This document shows, piece by piece, positions 1-7,352 of a stretch of 64,000 nucleotides of DNA. The notes beneath the pieces were generated by a model that was not told the DNA's origin, ran no database searches, and was given only the letters and a program-made list of their open reading frames with translations. Source of the stretch: Candidatus Obscuribacteraceae bacterium. GTDB taxonomy: Bacteria > Cyanobacteriota > Vampirovibrionia > Obscuribacterales > Obscuribacteraceae. Positions within the stretch are counted from its first letter, which is position 1. Every line of letters starts with the position of its first letter. Position numbers and translations under genes: made by a program. The DNA is taken from contig JBGAHS010000005.1 in assembly GCA_044226015.1 (NCBI GenBank), positions 256,001 to 320,000 on the forward strand. The letters are read 5' to 3'.

Positions 1-150
1 GGAGATCATCGGTTCCTGTGCATGAACCGCACGGGCCCCGGGTGCCGGTATCTCTTCAGGCTGAACAGGCTTGTGAGGATGCGTATGCGTGTGCGAATCG
101 CATGCCTTTGTTGATTCTTCCTTTTCAGCGCCGCTCATAAAATTCACCAT
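1..150 (-). CDS. N-terminal fragment of a gene running off the left edge (MVNFMSGAEKEESTKACDSHTHTHPHKP...), product unknown
   Basis: Own translation: ATG at 150 (alternative 138) open to position 1 with no stop; divergent from the SpoIID gene. Confidence 0.55.
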   Translation of the reverse strand, partial: MVNFMSGAEKEESTKACDSHTHTHPHKPVQPEEIPAPGARAVHAQEPMIS

Positions 151-349
151 AGATCTTGTCTATTCTAGTTCATGGCTAAGTCGCTGGGCGACATATGACA
201 GATATAAAAAGCGTCAAAAATCTTAGAGTCTAGATTTTTCAATTCTAACAGTCGCCGTGAGCAAGCCAAGATGCTGCTTTTGTGATGTCAATGCTTTTCA
301 TGTTGGAAAAAATGGCGTTTAACTGAAAGGTTTCGTTCGCTATAATCCA

Positions 350-2395
350 GTGATGGAAAGGGATGCCGTGACTGATTCGAAGGACGATAGCGAAGAGATA
401 GCAGCAGCGCTAGCCGCTGTATATGCTTTTATAGGCTCGGGTCAAGCGCAGTTGAACGAAGAAGAGCCCGAAAAGACCGTCTCGCCATGGCTTAAGGCAG
501 GGCGCTTCGAAGGAATCGGCGTGGGCAGAGTGCTATCGCAAAGCCAGTTGAAAGGGCAGTCCTTCACCTGGCGCTCTGCAGCATCACGCAAATGGTTATC
601 GCTGTCCATCTCTTTATTTGTCTTGGGATTCTGCGGAAGCAAGCCCGCCCTGGCTCTTGAGCGCATTGAGTACGAGGCACCAACCGACAACTCAGACAAT
701 ACGCAATCTTCAAATGCTGCTGGCTGGAACCCAAGCCTTCCCGTGGCGCCCTTGATGAAGGATGACGCGCCGGGAAAGTCTTTAAGTAACCGAGAATCAA
801 GTGCTTTGTCGCGCCCTGCTAATGCCAATTCGCCTCGAAGTTTGCCTCAGCAATTTGGATATGATGCTGGCAGTGCCGATTCTAGCGCCCACCCGCGAAC
901 TTCATCTAGCTTTCCCTCTGACACTGCAGGTTCCAGCCCCGTAAGCACCCGAAGCATAAGGCTTGCTGGGGTTTCACCGCTAGGCGCACTTGCGCCAGCT
1001 CCTGAGCCTGTGAAAGTTGAAACTGTGGGCGCTCTGAGCGACCCGCGCTCTCCGATTCGTGTAGCTTTGAGTACCGCGAGCGCAGAAGCTGACTTCACTT
1101 TGCCAGACGGAGCACAATTAATTGAAGAAGGTAGCAATCGCCTTCTTGCGGAGCTGCCACCACAGAGCCAATGGCACATTTCCCTCGACAGCACTGGCGG
1201 CATGAAGCGACTAAGTTTTAGCGGCAAGCTCGCGAATCTGCCGACCTCCAAGGTTTTGCTCGCTAGCAATATGAGCAATGTTGCCAGCGCGGGGTACACA
1301 AGAAGCTTTAAGTCTTCGATGAAGGGCGGCTTCACTAGCGCACCTTACGTGATGGATGAGCCCCGACCGCGCTTCTCGTTGCCGGTAAAGACTGTTGATG
1401 CTCCGGTTTCAAAAAAGCAGAGCCCATACAAGCCTGCCTCTTACACAACTGGAGCCCCCGCCCCGAACCTGCCACTCACATCTGACGCAGCAGGTAAGCC
1501 TGTGTTGCCACCACCAGTGGTGAGCGGCTATATCATTTCAACCTCAAATCCGAATTCAGTAATATCTTTTGCTGGCAAAACATACAGGGGCAGCGTTTTG
1601 CTGAAACCCAGAAATGGCGAGAACAATACATATCTGGTCATCAACCAGTTAGATGTGGAAGATTACTTATTGTCTGTTGTTCCTTCAGAAATGCCATCGA
1701 GCTGGAGTCTGAATGCCTTGAAGGCGCAGACTATTGCGGCTCGCTCATACGCTTACGCGAATTTGAATAAGCACAAATCTGAAGGATATGACCTCAAATC
1801 GAACACCGAGGATCAGGTCTATCTGGGCGTCCAAACGGAAACAGAAGCGAGCAATCGTGCCGTGGCTGAGACCTCAGGGCAGGTTCTGAAGCACAATGGA
1901 AAGGTTGTGACAGCCTTCTTCCATAGCGCGGGGGGCGGTCACACTGAAGTATCAGAGCATGTATATGGCGGCAAGATTCCTTACTTGAAGAGCGTGCCTG
2001 ATTTTGATGACCAGTCACCGCATTTCAATTGGAATCGCAGCGTAGCTGTTCAAGTAATCGAAGACAACTTGAAGAAGCAAGGGCGTGACATCGGCGGTTT
2101 GCTTGGCATCTTCCCTCTTGAAAGAGGTCAATCACAAAGAGTCAGCAACGCTATGATTGCGGGAACTTTGCAAACCATTTTTGTGAGCGGCGAAGAATTG
2201 CGCCGCCTCTTAAGCCTTCCCAGCACAGTGTTCAACGTAGGCGTGGGACCTGACTCATACCTTGTCGCCGGCCGCGGATTTGGGCACGGACTTGGCATGT
2301 CACAGTGGGGAGCAAAATACCTTTCCGAGCAAGGGTATAATGCAGCGCAGATATTATCGTATTACTATAAAGATGTATCTGTCGAACAGTTTTGA
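350..2395 (+). CDS. SpoIID/LytB domain protein (peptidoglycan lytic transglycosylase-like) with long N-terminal extension
   Basis: C-terminal motifs YRG, VEDYLLSVVPSEMP, ALKAQTIAARSYA, QVYLG, GRGFGHGLGMSQWGA, ILSYYY. Confidence 0.9.
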   Translation: MMERDAVTDSKDDSEEIAAALAAVYAFIGSGQAQLNEEEPEKTVSPWLKAGRFEGIGVGRVLSQSQLKGQSFTWRSAASRKWLSLSISLFVLGFCGSKPALALERIEYEAPTDNSDNTQSSNAAGWNPSLPVAPLMKDDAPGKSLSNRESSALSRPANANSPRSLPQQFGYDAGSADSSAHPRTSSSFPSDTAGSSPVSTRSIRLAGVSPLGALAPAPEPVKVETVGALSDPRSPIRVALSTASAEADFTLPDGAQLIEEGSNRLLAELPPQSQWHISLDSTGGMKRLSFSGKLANLPTSKVLLASNMSNVASAGYTRSFKSSMKGGFTSAPYVMDEPRPRFSLPVKTVDAPVSKKQSPYKPASYTTGAPAPNLPLTSDAAGKPVLPPPVVSGYIISTSNPNSVISFAGKTYRGSVLLKPRNGENNTYLVINQLDVEDYLLSVVPSEMPSSWSLNALKAQTIAARSYAYANLNKHKSEGYDLKSNTEDQVYLGVQTETEASNRAVAETSGQVLKHNGKVVTAFFHSAGGGHTEVSEHVYGGKIPYLKSVPDFDDQSPHFNWNRSVAVQVIEDNLKKQGRDIGGLLGIFPLERGQSQRVSNAMIAGTLQTIFVSGEELRRLLSLPSTVFNVGVGPDSYLVAGRGFGHGLGMSQWGAKYLSEQGYNAAQILSYYYKDVSVEQF

Positions 2396-2456
2396 GCTCT
2401 GGTAATCAAGTAGGTTTCAAGCCAAAACGATGTTTATTGGCTACGGAGTAATTTAA

Positions 2457-3806
2457 GTGCCGAATATCTTTTCAATACTTACGATGCTTGGCATTTTAAG
2501 TATTCTCATTCTTGTGCATGAAGCAGGACACTTCGCAGTTGCGCGCTTCTTCGGCTTTCAGACCCCAGTATTCGGTTTCGGCTTACCTTTTGGACCTTCG
2601 TGGACAATCGGTGAGAAGTGGGGCACGCAGTTCAAAATCCACCTGCTTATGCTTGGCGGATATGTCGCAATTCCCGAGTTGGGCGACGAATCTGCACTCG
2701 CGCATGAAGCTTATGGTGTGCCGCTGAAGCCGTTCACGAAGTTTCCCATCTGGCAGCGCGCACTGGTGGCGTTTGCTGGCGTTGCGATGAATATGATTTT
2801 TGCTTACTTCGTTATGGTTGCGATGGTTTGGCAATTGGGCTTGCCGTCGGACAAGGTGTATGTAAAAGAGCTTGTTCCGCAAATTCCAATTGCAAGAGAA
2901 GCGGGAGTTCAAGCGAATGACCACCTCGACACAATCGATGGCGTGAAAGTGACCACGATTGAGCAGGTAATTAGCTACTTTGGCAAACACAAGCAACAGA
3001 CGGTGACGCTCGGAATTTTGCGCGAACCTGAAGAGCTCAGGGGCACCGCAGATGGCGAGGCTAAAGCAACTAAGGTAGAAATCAAAGCTGCGCCCAATGC
3101 TGACGGTAAGTTAGGAATGGGGCTCGTCACTCCGCGTATCAAGACGGCAAATTTATCGCCGGTTGATGTGTGCAGTCACGCATTCAGCGAACTTGCTGAT
3201 TTAACCAATCAAATGGTTCAAACTCTGTGCAAGATGTTCTATCAAATTTTATTTGGCTGGGCAGAGCATCACCCCAAAGGCGAGGCTCCGAAAGCCGGCA
3301 TTGGCGACCTGCACGGGGTTCTGGTTGTCATCAAATGGGGGGCGGAACTTGCGCAGGAAGACTGGACGAGCCTGTTTACTTTTACAGCGCTCATAAGTAT
3401 GGACCTCGCGATAGTGAATTTGCTGCCTATTCCTGCACTTGATGGCGGACACTTGTTCTTCATGCTGATTGAAGCAATTCGTGGCAGACCGATGGACGAG
3501 AAGATTCACGGTGAAATGGTGAAGTGGGGTTTCATAAGTCTTCTTGCTCTGATGGCTTTAATTATGGTGAACGACATACGTGCACTGGTCACAGGTGAGC
3601 TAGACTATAAGAAGAAGAAACAGATTCAGGAGCAGAAGAAACCCGATGCTTCAATTGAATCGAAACCAAGCGATGAGAAGGTTGAAACTGAGGGCAATTC
3701 CTCAGAGGGGGCTGCAGGGGCGAACAAGTCGAGTGCTACAAATGAGAGCGCACCTGCTCTCGATGAAGCCGTAGACAAGACTGAAGCGGTGCCTGCAGGC
3801 AAATAG
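2457..3806 (+). CDS. rseP: Site-2 (M50) membrane metalloprotease RseP with PDZ domain
   Basis: HEAGH motif in TM1, GGYV, NLLPIPALDGGH, central PDZ-like segment. Confidence 0.93.
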   Translation: MPNIFSILTMLGILSILILVHEAGHFAVARFFGFQTPVFGFGLPFGPSWTIGEKWGTQFKIHLLMLGGYVAIPELGDESALAHEAYGVPLKPFTKFPIWQRALVAFAGVAMNMIFAYFVMVAMVWQLGLPSDKVYVKELVPQIPIAREAGVQANDHLDTIDGVKVTTIEQVISYFGKHKQQTVTLGILREPEELRGTADGEAKATKVEIKAAPNADGKLGMGLVTPRIKTANLSPVDVCSHAFSELADLTNQMVQTLCKMFYQILFGWAEHHPKGEAPKAGIGDLHGVLVVIKWGAELAQEDWTSLFTFTALISMDLAIVNLLPIPALDGGHLFFMLIEAIRGRPMDEKIHGEMVKWGFISLLALMALIMVNDIRALVTGELDYKKKKQIQEQKKPDASIESKPSDEKVETEGNSSEGAAGANKSSATNESAPALDEAVDKTEAVPAGK

Positions 3807-3819
3807 GAGACAAGGAAAG

Positions 3820-4065
3820 ATGCCGAGCTACGATTACAAATGCCAGGGCTGTAAAAACAATGTGACGCTTGAACGCTCAATGAGCGACGACAGCACACCG
3901 GTCTGCACAGAGTGCGGAAGTTCAGAAATGAATCGGGTATGGAGCGTCTCTTTCGTTATTTCGGGCGGCTCAACGCCAGATGCTGGGCAGGGAACGAAGA
4001 CCAGCTCTGCTCCGAAAAAGAGCGGCTGTGGATCTTGCAGCAGCCACGCTTGCGGCACCTGTTAG
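3820..4065 (+). CDS. FmdB-family zinc-ribbon protein
   Basis: MPSYDYKCxxC...CxxCGS and C-terminal CGSCSSHACGTC; RBS AGGA. Confidence 0.88.
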   Translation: MPSYDYKCQGCKNNVTLERSMSDDSTPVCTECGSSEMNRVWSVSFVISGGSTPDAGQGTKTSSAPKKSGCGSCSSHACGTC

Positions 4066-4071
4066 GCCAGG

Positions 4072-4107
4072 GTCAGCCTGATAGTTAGCCTATTAGTCAG
4101 CCAAATA
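4072..4107. repeat. Three degenerate 12-bp tandem repeats
   Basis: gtcagcctgata / gttagcctatta / gtcagccaaata. Confidence 0.6.
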
Positions 4108-4125
4108 GTCCAAGTGGAATCTCTG

Positions 4126-4151
4126 GAGCATCCTGTTTTGGATGCTCTTTT
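4126..4151 (+). terminator. Intrinsic terminator after the FmdB-family gene
   Basis: Stem GAGCATCC/GGATGCTC followed by TTTT. Confidence 0.7.
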
Positions 4152-4369
4152 CTATTGCTGACCTGCTAAGCAAGCCCGCGCGATTGCGATTTTGATTTAG
4201 CTCCCTGGGGGCTGGTATATTGCGCTGGCTCCTAGCCAAAAAGTATGCAAGGCAAGCTTCAGCCCGAAGTGACTAACTTCAATGTACCAGAGCGATTGTT
4301 TTGCACGCTAATTGCACGGTAGTTCCATTACTTTCTAACCATGAACTGGGCCAATGGTGGGAAATTAAA

Positions 4370-4651
4370 ATGGAAATGGAAAACGCAATCAACAATAATC
4401 ACGATGTCGCCGGTGATAAATTCGTTCAGGCAAATCAGGATGCATCATCTCGTTTTCTAGAAGAGCAGGCTACGGCGCCACCAGTGAAACCGACGACTAT
4501 GGACAAAGCTATGTGTGGCATCGGGCTTGCTGCATGGAGCTATCTAACTGTCGACACGATGGGACTGGCTGCACCAGGCTTGATATGGATGGGCTATCAG
4601 TGCCGAAACGAAATCAAAGATGTGCTTGGAATGAATAAGTCAGAAAAATAA
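4370..4651 (+). CDS. Small hypothetical protein with C-terminal hydrophobic hairpin
   Basis: ORF track 4301..4651; ATG 4370 preferred (GGTGGG upstream); hydrophobic GIGLAAWSYL...GLAAPGLIWMG. Confidence 0.65.
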   Translation: MEMENAINNNHDVAGDKFVQANQDASSRFLEEQATAPPVKPTTMDKAMCGIGLAAWSYLTVDTMGLAAPGLIWMGYQCRNEIKDVLGMNKSEK

Positions 4652-4739
4652 GGATTACAAGCCGATTTCTGAAACCGTAAGCCATCTCACGGTGGTTCCC
4701 CGTAGCAATCTCAGTGCGCTTGATCGTGATTAATCAGCT

Positions 4740-5636
4740 CTAGCAGCTGATTTCAGCCTGTGATTGTTTTGCTACATCGCGCAGTTCTTGCAATTTCTTC
4801 GTTTCTTCTTCCGAGAATGCGAAGGCTTCAGCGTCGCTGGGGAAATTGCCAGAGCGAACATCTTCTGCATATCTGCCAATTGCCTCGTTGCAAACTTCAG
4901 AAAGATTGGCATATCGGCGAACAAAGCGCGGCAAGAAGTCCGTATATTTGCCGAGCAGGTCATCGGTGACTAGTATCTGACCGTCGCAGCCAGCACCAGC
5001 ACCGATACCAATGGTAGGAATCTTTAATTCGTCGGAGATTATCTGAGCCACCGAGGACGGTACCATTTCCAGGACAAGGGCGAAACAACCTGCAGCTTCC
5101 ACTGCATGAGCATCTTCAATCAGCTTTTGTGCTTCTTCTGCATTGCGTCCCTGAACTCGGTTTCCGCCGAGCGCATGAATTGACTGCGGCGTAAAACCGA
5201 GATGTCCACATACTGGTATGCCCATTGACACCAGTCGTTCGATTACTTCCAGGTTTAGCTTGGTGGCACCTTCAAGCTTGACACCATGTGCTTGAGCTTC
5301 TTTGATGAATCTGCCTGCGTTGGTTATCGCTTGAATAATATCAACCTGATAGCTCATGAATGGCAAGTCTGCCACCACGAATGCCGTCTGCACGCCTCTG
5401 GTGACTGCGCGCGTGTGGTGCACCATTTCATCCATGGTCACCGCATGCGTCGTCTGGTGCCCCAGTGCCACCATCGCCAGGCTGTCACCAACAAGAATGA
5501 AATCAACTCCGGCGCGGTCTAATATTTTTGCCGTTCCGTAATCGTAAGCGGTGAGGGCGACAATTTTGCGTCCTTCCTTTTTATATTTCTGGAACGTGAG
5601 CGTCGATATGGCTCTGGTTTGTCCAACTTTACTCAT
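4740..5636 (-). CDS. panB: 3-methyl-2-oxobutanoate hydroxymethyltransferase
   Basis: LTAYD, LVGDSL, VADLPFMSY, VKLEG, GHLGFTPQ, PTIGIGAG, DGQILV. Confidence 0.97.
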   Translation of the reverse strand: MSKVGQTRAISTLTFQKYKKEGRKIVALTAYDYGTAKILDRAGVDFILVGDSLAMVALGHQTTHAVTMDEMVHHTRAVTRGVQTAFVVADLPFMSYQVDIIQAITNAGRFIKEAQAHGVKLEGATKLNLEVIERLVSMGIPVCGHLGFTPQSIHALGGNRVQGRNAEEAQKLIEDAHAVEAAGCFALVLEMVPSSVAQIISDELKIPTIGIGAGAGCDGQILVTDDLLGKYTDFLPRFVRRYANLSEVCNEAIGRYAEDVRSGNFPSDAEAFAFSEEETKKLQELRDVAKQSQAEISC

Positions 5637-5696
5637 TTGATTTCAGCTTCGAAGAGGTGATTATGTCCAAAGTATAGCAGTCTATTTCTCTGCTGC

Positions 5697-7187
5697 TTAA
5701 TAGCCTCTTGTTCGCTTGTTTTCCTCGATTTTCTGCTGACGTATAAGATCTTGCTGCAGCTTTATCACGTGCTGCGGGTCGTAGGGGTACTTACCTGAGA
5801 CATCATGAAATCTCTTGTACATCATGCCTGCATCGGTTGGCAGGTTCATCTTCTCAAGCAAATATCCGTAGTTGTAAAAGGCACCATCAAATTGAGGGTC
5901 GATGGTAATTGCTTTCTGATTACTGGCGGCGGCGGCATTCAGGTCGCCCTGGGCTTCTTGCACAGAGCAGAGTCCCATGGTTGCTTCGAGACTGTTCGGG
6001 TTTAGCTCAAGCGCCCGTTCAAAGGAGGCTTTAGCTTCTTCCAATCTGCCGTCCTCGAAATTGTCTTGACCCTTTGATACCAATGCATCGATTTCCTCAG
6101 GGTCGTAGCTGAGGGGCTTTTTCTTGCGTTCCTTTTGTATAAGTTTGATTTGCTTCTTCAAGTCTTCAATGTGCTGAGCGTAGAGGGCGTCTGACCCACG
6201 CGCCTGGGCAACGTCCAGATAAGCATCTATGGCTTCAGCCAGTTTTCCTTTGTGCTCAAGACATTTGGCCTTATAGAGCTTCAAGTCCACCACGCGAAGC
6301 ATCGGGTACTTCTTTTCGTTGGTGTAGGTGGGGTTAATCTTCTGAGCTTCAGCAAGTTCTGCCATACAAAAATTCAGGTCGCCCCGATGATATCGCAGTT
6401 TAGCGAGTTCCCAGTGGGCAGCAGCAAGTCGGCGGTCGCATTGCAAAGCAGTTCTAAACTCGGCCTCGCCATCGTCGAGATTGCCTTTCGTCGAGTAGAT
6501 GATGCCCAAATGGTAGTGCACCATGGGGTTTTGGGGCGCCAGTTGCGCGGCACGCTCAAGCGCCTTGGTCGCAGTCATTATGTCGTCTGTTGAAGCGCGC
6601 TCAAAGATGCAGAGTCCCAATTCAAGCTGACCATCGGGCGAGTCAGGTTTCAGGCGCACATAAGATTCGAAGTACTCAATGGCGGAGTCGAGGTCTCCCT
6701 TCGTGTGCATCACCAAACCTATAAAGTAGTAGGGGTAGGGATACTTAGGGTCGAGTCGGATAATCTGCTTCCACTGATTGACTGCTTCTTCGACATCATT
6801 TTTATTGTGCTGCATGAACAATGCATAGTCGTTGCGACACTGAATGTAATTGTTGTCAAGGTTCATTGCAGTTCGGAATTCGTTCATAGCTTCTTCGTTG
6901 AAGCCGAGCTTAGCCGCCGTCAAAGCCTGCTTATAATGCGCTTCTTTGAACTTTCGGTAAGTATTTGTCGCCTTGCGAAACAGCTCAAGAGCCGCATTCA
7001 AGTCAGATTTCTCTGCTTCGAGTCCCTGCCGAAAGTACGCCTGTGACTTTGCCACGAGGTTTGCTTCATACTGGTCCATTGCCAGAGTCGCTGGCGGTGC
7101 GGCAAGCTGGCTCAAGCAAAGACCTGAACTCAGGCTGAGGAGGCATACTATATTGATGGAACGCCGCAAGAACCCGGTTCTTCTCAT
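5697..7187 (-). CDS. Exported tetratricopeptide repeat protein
   Basis: Multiple TPR units (e.g. AMNEFRTAMNLD, AKASFERALELNP). Start moved to ATG 7187 (RBS GAAAGGA), giving signal peptide MRRTGFLRR...TLA, possibly Tat-type. Confidence 0.85.
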   Translation of the reverse strand: MRRTGFLRRSINIVCLLSLSSGLCLSQLAAPPATLAMDQYEANLVAKSQAYFRQGLEAEKSDLNAALELFRKATNTYRKFKEAHYKQALTAAKLGFNEEAMNEFRTAMNLDNNYIQCRNDYALFMQHNKNDVEEAVNQWKQIIRLDPKYPYPYYFIGLVMHTKGDLDSAIEYFESYVRLKPDSPDGQLELGLCIFERASTDDIMTATKALERAAQLAPQNPMVHYHLGIIYSTKGNLDDGEAEFRTALQCDRRLAAAHWELAKLRYHRGDLNFCMAELAEAQKINPTYTNEKKYPMLRVVDLKLYKAKCLEHKGKLAEAIDAYLDVAQARGSDALYAQHIEDLKKQIKLIQKERKKKPLSYDPEEIDALVSKGQDNFEDGRLEEAKASFERALELNPNSLEATMGLCSVQEAQGDLNAAAASNQKAITIDPQFDGAFYNYGYLLEKMNLPTDAGMMYKRFHDVSGKYPYDPQHVIKLQQDLIRQQKIEENKRTRGY

Positions 7188-7303
7188 TGGAAATCCTTTC
7201 GCATGGGCTGAAAGTTGATGCAGTTCTAATCTTACAATTTCCACGCGCAGTCGGCTAATCCAACTCATGAAATCATAAATGCTAAGTTGAATGCAAAAAA
7301 AAT

Positions 7304-7327
7304 GAGGAGCAGCAACCGCTGCTCCTC
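7304..7327 (-). terminator. Intrinsic terminator of the 925-aa gene
   Basis: Perfect 10-bp stem GAGGAGCAGC/GCTGCTCCTC; adjacent plus-strand A-run gives a U-tract on minus. Confidence 0.8.
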
Positions 7328-7352
7328 TATTCCCCGCCTTTAGCTTTTGTGT

